From Candidatus Binatia bacterium (GTDB taxonomy: Bacteria; Desulfobacterota; Binatia; HRBIN30), in assembly GCA_038245295.1 (NCBI GenBank), contig JBBRSP010000007.1:128001-192000 (forward strand): a DNA stretch of 64,000 nt, in the 5' to 3' direction. The notes under the pieces are model-generated. The model was not told the origin of the DNA and made no database searches. It saw only the letters and a program-made list of their open reading frames with translations. The translations under genes were made by a program, and so were the position numbers. Shown piece by piece: positions 9,088-18,511 of the stretch; position 1 is the stretch's first letter, and the number at the start of each line of letters is the position of its first letter.

Positions 9088-10767
9088 ATGACGATCGTAA
9101 AAGACGACGAACTACCATTGGCACGTGCCTATCGCTGGGAGCGTGAGCGACCGAACCAAGTATTCTTGACGCAGCCGAAGAACGGCGTCGCCCGGGATTG
9201 GACCTGGGCGCAGGCGATGGACGAGGCGCGACGGCAGGCGGCTTACCTCAAGGCGCAGAATTTCCCGCCGGGGTCGCGCATCGTCATCATCGCCAAGAAC
9301 TGCGCCTGGTGGATCATGGCCGACCTCGCCATCTGGATGGCGGGGCACGTCAGCGTCCCCGTCTATCCGTCGCTGGCAGGCAGCACGGTGCGACAGATCC
9401 TCGACCATGCCGAGGCAAGCCTGGCGTATATCGGTGAGCTCGACGACTGGAAGAGTATGCAGTCCGGCATTCCCGCCGAGCTGCCGTGTATCGGCATGCC
9501 GAACGCGCCGGAAGCGATCAAAACCCGTTGGGACGACATCCTGGCGAAAACGCCGCCCATGAGTGGCGAGACGCGGCGCAATGCCGACGATCTCGCGACC
9601 ATCATCTACACCTCGGGAACAACGGGAATACCGAAGGGCGTCATGCACGCCTTCACCAGCTTCGCCATCGCCGGGCAATTGTTTGCCAACCTCATCAAGG
9701 CAACCCCCGATGAGCGCATTCTTTCCTACTTGCCATTGGCGCACGTTGCGGAGCGCGCGCTGATCGAATCGCCGTCCATTTACGCCGGCACCCATATCTA
9801 CTTCACGGAAGGGTTGAGTACGTTCCTCGTCGATCTGCGGCGGGCACGGCCAACCGCATTCTTTTCGGTGCCGCGACTGTGGGTCAAGTTCCAGCACGGC
9901 GTATTCGAAAAGCAGCCGCCAAAGAGGCTGAACTTCTTGATGCGCCTGCCGATTGTGGGTCGCTTGGTCAAGAAGAAGATCCTGACCCAACTCGGCCTCG
10001 AGACCGTGCGGTTCGCCGGCTGTGGCGCGGCACCGATGCCGCCGGAGTTGCTCCAATGGTATCGCCGCCTCGGCCTCGAGCTGCTCGAAGGCTACGGGAT
10101 GAGCGAGAACTTCGGCTTGTCCCACAGCTCGCGGCCAGGCCAGGCGCGTGTGGGATACGTTGGGCAACCATGGGACGGCATGCAGCATAAGTTGTCTCCC
10201 GAGGGGGAAGTCCTGGTCCGCTGCCCGACCAACATGATGGGATACTTCAAGGAGCCGGAGAAAACGCGCGAGGTGTTTACCGACGACGGGTTTCTGCGCA
10301 CCGGTGATCTCGGACAGATCGACGAAGCCGGACGGCTACGCATCGTCGGGCGTGCCAAGGAGCAGTTCAAGACGAGCAAGGGCAAGTATGTCGCGCCGTC
10401 GCCTATCGAGAACAAATTATCGGCGCACCCGCGTGTCGAGGCCGTCTGCGTCACGGGTCCGGGCTACCCGCAGCCGTTCGCCATCGTCGTCTTATCGAAG
10501 AGCGAACCTGGCGACGGTTTGCCGCCGGCAGCCGAACGAGAAGAGCTCAGCCGGTCGTTGACTGCCCATCTCAAGTCGGTGAACGCCGACCTCGATCCGC
10601 ACGAAGAGCTCGATTTCATCGCTGTCGTCGGCCAGCACTGGAGCGTCGAATCCGGATTCATCACACCGACGCTGAAGATCAAACGCCCTGTGGTCGAAGG
10701 TTTCTACGAGCGCCATTTCGAAGAGTGGGCACGCCAACGTAAGCCGGTGGTGTGGCACGAGGGCTAG
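9088..10767 (+). CDS. Long-chain fatty-acid--CoA ligase (AMP-binding)
   Basis: YTSGTTGIPKG, EGYGMSE, RTGDLG, GRAKEQFKTSKGKYVAP, TPTLKIKR. Confidence 0.92.
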   Translation: MTIVKDDELPLARAYRWERERPNQVFLTQPKNGVARDWTWAQAMDEARRQAAYLKAQNFPPGSRIVIIAKNCAWWIMADLAIWMAGHVSVPVYPSLAGSTVRQILDHAEASLAYIGELDDWKSMQSGIPAELPCIGMPNAPEAIKTRWDDILAKTPPMSGETRRNADDLATIIYTSGTTGIPKGVMHAFTSFAIAGQLFANLIKATPDERILSYLPLAHVAERALIESPSIYAGTHIYFTEGLSTFLVDLRRARPTAFFSVPRLWVKFQHGVFEKQPPKRLNFLMRLPIVGRLVKKKILTQLGLETVRFAGCGAAPMPPELLQWYRRLGLELLEGYGMSENFGLSHSSRPGQARVGYVGQPWDGMQHKLSPEGEVLVRCPTNMMGYFKEPEKTREVFTDDGFLRTGDLGQIDEAGRLRIVGRAKEQFKTSKGKYVAPSPIENKLSAHPRVEAVCVTGPGYPQPFAIVVLSKSEPGDGLPPAAEREELSRSLTAHLKSVNADLDPHEELDFIAVVGQHWSVESGFITPTLKIKRPVVEGFYERHFEEWARQRKPVVWHEG

Positions 10768-10777
10768 CGGGCGCGGG

Positions 10778-11452
10778 TTATGGACGACCTAGATCATCCA
10801 GGCGTCGCAGGACCAGGTCGACCAGCGACGGATCTGGACACGACAGATCGCGCTCGCCGGTGAACCAGGCCGTCTTCAGCCCGGCCCCACGCGCGCCGCG
10901 TACATCCTTGTCGAAGGAATCTCCCACGTAGAGCACTTCGTGGGCGGCACAGCCCATTTGTTCGACGGCCATCTGGAAGATCGCCGGATCCGGCTTGCTG
11001 ACACCGACACAGTTGGAATCGATGATGCTGCTCAACATCGGACTGAGCCCGGCTTCGTCGAGCAATCGGTCGACGTTGCCGTAGAAGTTCGAAATGACTC
11101 CCAGTGTGTAGCGTTGGCGCAAGCGTTTCAGGACCTGACGGCTGGCTGCCAAAGAGGCCCGCGCTTGATTGACGAAGTCGGTGATTACGCGCAGGCGCAC
11201 CTGCTCGTCGTCCAGCTTCAACCGTTCGAGCTGGCGATCGACATGGAACTCGATCAACGGCTGCAGCTCGAGGTCGGCGACGGCCATATCGCGGTAGGCC
11301 GATTGCGTCGCGAAGTCGAAAGCATCGCGGATCGTCGCCCAGGAGTAGTCGCAGCCGGCGGCACGGTAGAGCTCGGCGAAACGTTCGAGCCAGTGAATGC
11401 CGGGAGCGTCGAGAGTACCGCCGAAATCGAAACAGATGCCGCGCACTTCCAT
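10778..11452 (-). CDS. HAD family phosphatase
   Basis: FDFGGTLD (motif I variant), ISNFYG, KPDPAIF, VGDSFDKD. Confidence 0.88.
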   Translation of the reverse strand: MEVRGICFDFGGTLDAPGIHWLERFAELYRAAGCDYSWATIRDAFDFATQSAYRDMAVADLELQPLIEFHVDRQLERLKLDDEQVRLRVITDFVNQARASLAASRQVLKRLRQRYTLGVISNFYGNVDRLLDEAGLSPMLSSIIDSNCVGVSKPDPAIFQMAVEQMGCAAHEVLYVGDSFDKDVRGARGAGLKTAWFTGERDLSCPDPSLVDLVLRRLDDLGRP

Positions 11453-11550
11453 GGTGCTGTTCGTTAAGCAGCCGTGCCGCGCAGCGGCAACGAGGGTGAC
11501 GGCGCTTTTTCCTCGAAATAGCGGCCTGCTTGCGTTAAAGACGCGGCCAC

Positions 11551-13245
11551 ATGGCCAGATTGAATGAGTTCTCGGCGGCGACGCGACAGCGCAACCTGGA
11601 AGCTCTGTCGCGCGACACGTTTGATCTTCTGATCATCGGCGGCGGAATCACGGGTGCGGGCATCGCGCGCGACGCGACACTACGCGGCCTCAGGGTTGCG
11701 CTGGTCGAACAACGCGATTTTGCTTCCGGCACCAGCAGTCGTTCCTCGAAGCTAGTGCACGGCGGATTGCGCTATCTGGCGCAGGGCGACGTCGGCCTGG
11801 TGATGGAAGCCGCGAACGAACGTCGGACGCTGCGCCGCATCGCGCCCTATCTGGCGCGACCCCTGCAAATGCTCGTGCCGGTGCACGGCCGCTCGGGCTA
11901 CATGACGATCAGTGCCGGGTTATTCACCTACGACAAAATGGCGCGCGTCGAAAAGGAGCATCGCAACCAGATGCTCGGACGCGACGATACTCTTGCCAAA
12001 GAGCCACTGCTGCGCCGCGACAAAGTGTACGGCGCCGGGTTCTACTACGAGTGCCTGACGGACGACGCACGTCTGGTCATCGAGAACATCAAGACCGCCG
12101 CCGCTCTCGGTGGCATCGCCGCCAACTACACCGAGGTTGTCTCCTTCCGCACCGAAGGTGGACGCTTGAGCGGCGCGGTGGTTCGCGACCGCCTCGGTGG
12201 TGGCGAATTCGAAGTGCGCGCCCATGTGACGGTCAATGCTGCCGGCCCGTGGGTCGACGCCGTGCGTCTACTGCAGGGCGAGAGCGAAAAGCCGCGGCTG
12301 CATCTGACCAAGGGAATTCATCTGGTCGTCCCGAAGGAGCGGCTGCCGGTGCAGCACTGCGTCGTAATGACGACACCCGACAAACGGTCGATCTTCGTCG
12401 TGCCGCGCGGCGACATCGTCTACCTCGGCACCACCGACACCAATTACGAGGGCCGACTCGACGAGCCGGCAATCACCGTCGAGGACGGCGAGTACCTGCT
12501 GCAGACCACCAACGCGACATTCGACATCGAGCCGTTACGCCTCAGCGATACCGTCGGCGCCTGGGCTGGGCTGCGCCCCCTGTTGCATCAGGAAGGAAAG
12601 AAGCCTTCCGAAATCTCGCGACGCGACGAGATCATGGTGGGGCCAAGCGGGCTGCTGTCGATCGCCGGCGGCAAACTCACGGCCTATCGCCGTATGGCTG
12701 AACGAATCGTCGAGAACGTCGCAGAGATTCTCACCGAACGCGGCCACTCGGTACGACCGGACCCGGGGAACAGCGCGACCGAACTGTTGAGTGGTGGTGC
12801 GACGGGTGAAGACGTTGAGGCGTTCGCTGCACGACTGAAGAGTAAGTGGTCGCGCCTGCCTGCCGACATCGTCGAACGCCTGGTCACGGTCTACGGCAGC
12901 AATGCCGAACGGATGGTCGAGGGCATGGCCACCGACCCGCAATTGGCACTTCGGTGCGCCCCGGAGTCGGCCGTCACGCAGAGCGAGGTCGCCTACGCCG
13001 TGCGCGAAGAGATGGTCATGACCCTTGTCGACTTCCTCGAACGCCGCTCGCGTCTCTTCTTGTGGGATCGCGCCAACGGGCTGGGCGTGGCGAGCCAGGT
13101 GGCACACCTCATGGCACCGATGCTGGGTTGGGATACGACGCGGGTAGACCGCCAAATACGCGAGTATGGTGAGCATGTTGCTGCGGTGAAACACTTCGTG
13201 TCGCCAGAATCAGACATCGTCGAGAAAAAGGTGGCACATGCCTGA
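11551..13245 (+). CDS. glpD: FAD-dependent glycerol-3-phosphate dehydrogenase/oxidase
   Basis: IIGGGITGAG, DFASGTSSRSSKLVHGGLRYL, DDARL, GTTDT, WAGLRPL, GGKLTAYRRMAE. Confidence 0.92.
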   Translation: MARLNEFSAATRQRNLEALSRDTFDLLIIGGGITGAGIARDATLRGLRVALVEQRDFASGTSSRSSKLVHGGLRYLAQGDVGLVMEAANERRTLRRIAPYLARPLQMLVPVHGRSGYMTISAGLFTYDKMARVEKEHRNQMLGRDDTLAKEPLLRRDKVYGAGFYYECLTDDARLVIENIKTAAALGGIAANYTEVVSFRTEGGRLSGAVVRDRLGGGEFEVRAHVTVNAAGPWVDAVRLLQGESEKPRLHLTKGIHLVVPKERLPVQHCVVMTTPDKRSIFVVPRGDIVYLGTTDTNYEGRLDEPAITVEDGEYLLQTTNATFDIEPLRLSDTVGAWAGLRPLLHQEGKKPSEISRRDEIMVGPSGLLSIAGGKLTAYRRMAERIVENVAEILTERGHSVRPDPGNSATELLSGGATGEDVEAFAARLKSKWSRLPADIVERLVTVYGSNAERMVEGMATDPQLALRCAPESAVTQSEVAYAVREEMVMTLVDFLERRSRLFLWDRANGLGVASQVAHLMAPMLGWDTTRVDRQIREYGEHVAAVKHFVSPESDIVEKKVAHA

Positions 13246-14650
13246 CAACACTTCAGCACAGCATCGACAAGCACTGGCCACGCGTCTCGGCGCGGAACGG
13301 GTGAGTTGGGACGACGGAACACTCGCCGAACACAGCCGCGATTACTGGTCGCTCTCGGCCCTGCGGCGCATGCAGGGTCGACAAGACAATCGACCCTTGT
13401 GTGTCGTCACACCAGAAAACACCGCACAGGTCAGCACGCTTCTCGAATATGCCAACACCCAACGCATCCCGGTCGTTCCGTTCGGCGCCGGCTCCGGCGT
13501 CTGCGGCGCCGTGTTACCGGATAGCCGCAGCATCGTCGTCGACCTGCGCGGCATGAACCGCATCCTCGAGCTCAACGAGAACTCTCTCTACGTGCGCGTC
13601 CAGGCGGGCATGATGGGCGGTGTCTTCGAAGCGGAGCTCAACAAAGCGAAGTACTCGGCGCGCCACTTTCCGCAATCGATCGACGTCTCGACCGTCGGCG
13701 GCTGGGTGGCCACACGGGCCGCCGGCCAATACTCGACGCGCTACGGCAACATCGAAGACATTCTGCTCGGCGTTGAAGGAGTGCTGCCCGATGGGCGCAT
13801 CGTGAGCACACGACTGGGCGTTCGCTCCGCCGCCGGCCCCGATCTGCGGCATGTGTTCCTCGGCGCCGAAGGCACGATGGGTATCATCACGGAGGTTACC
13901 CTGCGCCTCGTACCGCTACCGGAGACGACGGTTGGCTACTCCTTCAGCTTCGCGTCGATGGACGCCGGCCTCGAGGCGATTCGCAAGATCATGCGCGACG
14001 GGTGGCGGCCACCTGTGGTGCGGCTCTACGACGCCATCGAAGCGGCGCGTTTGTTTCCCGATGTCAGCGACACGACCAACGCGTTGCTGTTGCTGCTGTC
14101 CGAGGGACCGCGCGGTATGACCGACGCCGAAGTAGCCGGCTGCAGCGCGATCTGCACCGAAAATGGCGGCACGTCGACGGGCGCCGGACCCGTGGAGCGC
14201 TGGAGCCACGAGCGCAATCACGTGCCGGGTTTTGACAAGTTCCTCGAACGCGGCCTGGTTCTCGATACGATCGAGGTCGCCAGCACATGGGATCGTGTCG
14301 GCGCCATGTATCGCGAAGTCGTAGCGGCGATGCAGAACGTGCCCGGCACCCTGATAGCCTCGGGCCACAGCTCGCACAGCTACGCCCAGGGAACGAATAT
14401 CTACTTCACGTTCGTCGCCAAGCCGGAAGATCCGGCGGGCGGTGAGGCGACCTACCTCGCCTGCTGGGCGGCAGCGATGGAGGCGACGTTGCGATGCGGC
14501 GGTACGATCGCGCATCACCATGGTATCGGCCGCTTGCGCCGCGACTGGATGAAAGAGGAGCTCGGGTCGAGCCTCGAGATGTTGCGCGCCCTCAAGCGTG
14601 CGATCGACCCGAACGGCATCATGAACCCCGGCGTTCTCATCCCCGACTGA
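13238..14650 (+). CDS. FAD-binding oxidoreductase, alkyl-DHAP synthase (AGPS)/YgcU-like
   Basis: PFGAGSGV, HFPQSIDVSTVGGWVATRAAGQYSTRYG, GHSSHSY, AHHHGIG, DPNGIMNPG; overlaps the glpD stop. Confidence 0.85.
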   Translation: MPDNTSAQHRQALATRLGAERVSWDDGTLAEHSRDYWSLSALRRMQGRQDNRPLCVVTPENTAQVSTLLEYANTQRIPVVPFGAGSGVCGAVLPDSRSIVVDLRGMNRILELNENSLYVRVQAGMMGGVFEAELNKAKYSARHFPQSIDVSTVGGWVATRAAGQYSTRYGNIEDILLGVEGVLPDGRIVSTRLGVRSAAGPDLRHVFLGAEGTMGIITEVTLRLVPLPETTVGYSFSFASMDAGLEAIRKIMRDGWRPPVVRLYDAIEAARLFPDVSDTTNALLLLLSEGPRGMTDAEVAGCSAICTENGGTSTGAGPVERWSHERNHVPGFDKFLERGLVLDTIEVASTWDRVGAMYREVVAAMQNVPGTLIASGHSSHSYAQGTNIYFTFVAKPEDPAGGEATYLACWAAAMEATLRCGGTIAHHHGIGRLRRDWMKEELGSSLEMLRALKRAIDPNGIMNPGVLIPD

Positions 14651-14665
14651 CCGGAACGGACAGCC

Positions 14666-16126
14666 ATGAAGCCGTACGTTCTCGCCATCGACGAAGGCAC
14701 GACGGGAGTCCGCGCCCACGTATTCGACAGCGCCGGCACCTTGTGTGGTGCTGCCTATCAAGAGCTCAGCGCCAGCTATCCGCACCCAGGCTGGATCGAA
14801 CAGGATCCCCTCGCCATCTGGCGCACCGCCCAGGCGGTGACGGAGCGCGCCTTGGCAAAGGCGAAGTTACGGGCCAGCGACATCGACGCGATCGGCATCT
14901 GTAACCAGCGCGCCAGCGTGCTGGTCTGGGATCGGCGCACGTCGGAGCCGGTCTACCCAGCCATCGTATGGCAAGACACACGCACGGCGGCGCGCATCCC
15001 GCAGTTGCTGGAGCAGGGTTTCTTCACCAACAGCCTGGCGTCGGCGACCAAACTCGAATGGATCTTGCAGAACATTCCCGACGGCGTGTCACGCGCCGCG
15101 GCTGGCGACCTGTGCTTCGGGACGGTCGATAGTTGGCTGGCGTGGAAGCTTAGCGGTGGCAAACTGCACGTGACCGACTACTCCAACGCCTCGTGCACAA
15201 CGCTGTTCGACGTGTTGCAGGCGATCTGGGACGTCAACGCGCTGCAGCTCCTCGACATCCCCGCAGCGATCTTGCCGCGCGCCGCGCAATCGTCGGAGAT
15301 CTACGGCATGTCGTCGGCAGAGGCGTTCGGCGCTGAAGTGCCGATTGCGGGTATGGCGGGCGACCAGCAAGCCGCCATGTTCGGCGAGATGTGTGTCGAT
15401 CCCGGCAGCGTGAAGATCACCTATGGCACCTCCGGCATGGCCGACATTCACACGGGTGAATACCCGGTGATGTCGCTCCGCGGAGCCTACCCGCTCATTC
15501 TGTGGGGGATCGACGGCCAGCGTTCGTTCTGCCTGGAAGGTACGACGGTCACCGCGGGCGCCGCGGTGCAATGGCTGCGCGATGGGCTGGGCGTATTGCG
15601 CGATCTGGACGAGAGCGGTCCACTGGCTGCTTCCGTGCCCGACAACGGCGGCGTGTGGGCGGTTCCGGCGTTCCAGGGGCTCGGCACACCACACATGGAC
15701 CCGGGAGCCCGCGCCCTGATCGGCGGCTTGTCGCGCGGCAGCACGCGGGCGCACGTCGTACGAGCGGTTCTCGAGGGTATTGCCTACCGCAGTCGCGAAG
15801 TTCTCACCACGCTGCTCGAAGACTCCGGCAACGCGCCGCCAGCGCGCTTGCGTGTTGACGGTGGGGCGGCGGCCAACGACTTTCTGTTGCAGCATCTCTC
15901 GAACGTGCTCGGCTTACCGGTCGAGCGCCCGCGATCGGTGCAAGCCTCGGCACTCGGTGCCGCCTACCTCGCGGGGTTGGCCGTCGGCGTGTGGAAATCC
16001 GTCGACGAGCTGCGGCACACGTATCGCTCCGGCAAAGTGTTCGAACCTCAATGGGATGCCGATCGGCGCGACACGGCTTTCGCGCTTTGGCAACGCAACG
16101 TCGCGGCGGCGCGACAACCTTCCTGA
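14666..16126 (+). CDS. glpK: Glycerol kinase-like FGGY carbohydrate kinase
   Basis: LAIDEGTTG, GWIEQDP, NQR, WQDTRT, GDQQAA, KITYGT, RVDGG. Confidence 0.85.
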   Translation: MKPYVLAIDEGTTGVRAHVFDSAGTLCGAAYQELSASYPHPGWIEQDPLAIWRTAQAVTERALAKAKLRASDIDAIGICNQRASVLVWDRRTSEPVYPAIVWQDTRTAARIPQLLEQGFFTNSLASATKLEWILQNIPDGVSRAAAGDLCFGTVDSWLAWKLSGGKLHVTDYSNASCTTLFDVLQAIWDVNALQLLDIPAAILPRAAQSSEIYGMSSAEAFGAEVPIAGMAGDQQAAMFGEMCVDPGSVKITYGTSGMADIHTGEYPVMSLRGAYPLILWGIDGQRSFCLEGTTVTAGAAVQWLRDGLGVLRDLDESGPLAASVPDNGGVWAVPAFQGLGTPHMDPGARALIGGLSRGSTRAHVVRAVLEGIAYRSREVLTTLLEDSGNAPPARLRVDGGAAANDFLLQHLSNVLGLPVERPRSVQASALGAAYLAGLAVGVWKSVDELRHTYRSGKVFEPQWDADRRDTAFALWQRNVAAARQPS

Positions 16127-16265
16127 AGCAAACCGTCATGCAGGGGCATCGAGCCCTGCAACACCCTGCGGCCACCGTGCAAACCCGTGCAGGGTGACGT
16201 CGACCTGTGAGCAGACCCAGAACATCGACGATCGACGGAATATGTCTTGCTGGTATGATCCTTTG

Positions 16266-18362
16266 ATGAAGTCCCAACTGCACCTCGGTATCGTCACGAC
16301 CCTACTCCTAGTCCCGCGCTACGCCTTGGCCTGGCATGTCTTGGCTTGGAGCACCCGCGGCGTGCACGAGGCGGATACCGACTTCTCGGCCGCGGCGATG
16401 ACGCCACCAGGTGTCACGCTGCGCGCCCAGGTGATCGACAATCTCGGGCACCTTGTAACTCAACCGGGTGATCTTCACGTGACGTACAGCGCGGTCGCCG
16501 ATCCGGACGGCTCAATCAACCGCACGTCGGCAACCAAGACCAACTTCTGGCAGTTTGTGAAGCAACTATTCGGGCGCGACGTGGCCGTAGACGTTGGCCT
16601 CGAGGGTACGGCCATGCCCGGCACACAGAACCAACCGCAGCCGATGACGTTCGCGGCGCAAGATCGATCGTTCGTCGCCGCGGGGATTCCGCTCACGCCG
16701 CGTGATGATGCGGGGGCGCTCAAGCGCCTGCCGCTCTTCCGTGTCAGTGCCCGCGATGCGTCGGGAACCCTGTTGGCCTCGGTCGATGTTGCCGTTGGCG
16801 TCTCGGATTCGCCGACCTGCAACACCTGCCATGCTTCGGAATCCAACCCGGCGGCACGGCCGCTGGATGGATGGGTCGCCGACGCCGATCCACTGCGTGA
16901 CATCTGGCTCAACATCTTGCGACTGCATGACGACCGCGAGCTCGGCAACCAAGCGTACCTCGATGCCCTACAAACCTCGAGCTTCGATGCGGCCGGCCTT
17001 TACGCCACGGCGTTGCGGCCCCAGCCGATCTTGTGCGGTAGCTGCCACGCGTCGAGCGGATCCGGACTGGCCGGCTTGCCGGGCATCAGTACACTGTCGC
17101 GCGCCGTTCATCATCGTATGGCGTCGACCTACGATCCGGTCACATCGATGATCCTCGACGACCCGGCCAACGTAACGAAGTGTGAACGTTGCCATGGCAG
17201 CGTCGGTGATCATGCCGTGCGCAGCGCCATGGGACGCAGTACCAACCCCGATGGTGCGCGGGCGATTCGCTGCCAAAGCTGCCATGGCGAGATTGCCGCG
17301 GTTGCCGCGACTGAACGGACCCCCTGGTCCGTCGAGCCTGCCTGCCAGAGTTGCCACACCGGCTCCGCCGTGCAGAACGCCGGGGGGCTGCGCTTCACTG
17401 ACGTTCTCGATACGAATGGCATGCTGCGCGCACCCGTGACCGCTCAGTTCGCCACCGGAGCGATTGGTGTAACCCCGGCACCCTTGTTCGAGACGGCGCG
17501 CGAACACGGCGGCTTGGCCTGCGCCGCCTGTCATGGCTCGCCACACGCCGAGTTCCCGACCTTCGAACGCAACGACAACCTGCGCAGCATGTCCCAACAG
17601 GGGCATCCGGGGGCGCTGGCGGAATGCACGAGTTGTCATGGGTCGTCGCCGATCACGGTCACCGGCGGACCGCACGGTATGCATCCGGTCGGCGCGGCAT
17701 GGGTCCAGAATCACAGCGACGCGGCCGAGGGCGGTGGCAATGCCTGCCGCCAATGCCACGGCGCCGACTATCGCGGAACCGTCTTGTCGCGAGCCCTGGG
17801 CGACCGCTCGCTGAACACACGCTTCGGCCAGAAGGCGTTCTTCCGCGGTGCCATCATCGGTTGCTACGCCTGCCACAACGGGCCGAACAGCGAGAGCGCC
17901 AACCCGAACCACCCCGCCGTCGTCGCCGACACCCAACAAACGGCGACCGCAGACGGCACAGCCTTACTCGCTCTCTCCGCGTCAGATGCCGACCACAACA
18001 CGCTGACACTACGTGTCGTCGACCCACCGGCGCACGGGACCCTGGTGATCGACGGCACTACGGCAACGTACCGTGCCGACGCTGGATTCAGCGGTGCCGA
18101 TCGGGCCACCTACGCGGCGTGGGACGGCGCCATCGATTCCAATCTCGCGACAATCACCATCAACGTACCGGCCACGTGTGCGGGTGACTGCGATAGCTCC
18201 GGTGGCGTAACGATCGATGAGTTGGTGCTGCTCGTACGTGTGGCGCTCGGTGATGCCGACGTCAGCACCTGCAGCGCAGGCGATCTAAATCACGACGGAA
18301 TAATCTCGATCGACGAGATCCTGCGTGGCGTACTGGCGACTCTGAACGATTGTCTTCCATAG
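16266..18362 (+). CDS. Secreted multiheme cytochrome c (9 CxxCH) with Ig/cadherin-like and C-terminal dockerin-like domains
   Basis: Signal peptide MKSQLHLGIVTTLLLVPRYALA; CNTCH, CGSCH, CERCH, CQSCH x2, CAACH, CTSCH, CRQCH, CYACH; DADHNTL..PAHGTL..FSGAD Ig-like domain; duplicated DxDxxGxVxIDE EF-hand at the C-terminus. Confidence 0.88.
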   Translation: MKSQLHLGIVTTLLLVPRYALAWHVLAWSTRGVHEADTDFSAAAMTPPGVTLRAQVIDNLGHLVTQPGDLHVTYSAVADPDGSINRTSATKTNFWQFVKQLFGRDVAVDVGLEGTAMPGTQNQPQPMTFAAQDRSFVAAGIPLTPRDDAGALKRLPLFRVSARDASGTLLASVDVAVGVSDSPTCNTCHASESNPAARPLDGWVADADPLRDIWLNILRLHDDRELGNQAYLDALQTSSFDAAGLYATALRPQPILCGSCHASSGSGLAGLPGISTLSRAVHHRMASTYDPVTSMILDDPANVTKCERCHGSVGDHAVRSAMGRSTNPDGARAIRCQSCHGEIAAVAATERTPWSVEPACQSCHTGSAVQNAGGLRFTDVLDTNGMLRAPVTAQFATGAIGVTPAPLFETAREHGGLACAACHGSPHAEFPTFERNDNLRSMSQQGHPGALAECTSCHGSSPITVTGGPHGMHPVGAAWVQNHSDAAEGGGNACRQCHGADYRGTVLSRALGDRSLNTRFGQKAFFRGAIIGCYACHNGPNSESANPNHPAVVADTQQTATADGTALLALSASDADHNTLTLRVVDPPAHGTLVIDGTTATYRADAGFSGADRATYAAWDGAIDSNLATITINVPATCAGDCDSSGGVTIDELVLLVRVALGDADVSTCSAGDLNHDGIISIDEILRGVLATLNDCLP

Positions 18363-18455
18363 TTGGAAGGGGGTTGTGGGTCGGGCGGCCGCCGACCGAT
18401 GAACGCACCAGATTTTCCAAGCGAGCCAAGGGGTCTCTTTTACGCCGCACAAACG

Positions 18456-18485
18456 ACAACGGGCGCCCCGAAGGGCACCCGTTGT
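18456..18485 (-). terminator. Intrinsic terminator-like hairpin between convergent genes
   Basis: Minus strand ACAACGGGTGCCC-TTCG-GGGCGCCCGTTGT followed by CGTTT, just downstream of the DUF4215 gene stop. Confidence 0.7.
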
Positions 18486-18511
18486 TGGTTTGAACTATTT
18501 GAAGCGACTGA

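Noticed and set aside
15780..16265. Long N-terminal extension of the cytochrome ORF (860 aa in the track)
   Set aside because: It overlaps glpK in another frame, and the signal peptide starts at ATG 16266. Similar spurious extensions were trimmed for ORFs 4815..5843, 29307..30404, 29918..30985, 49380..51242 and 59033..60751.
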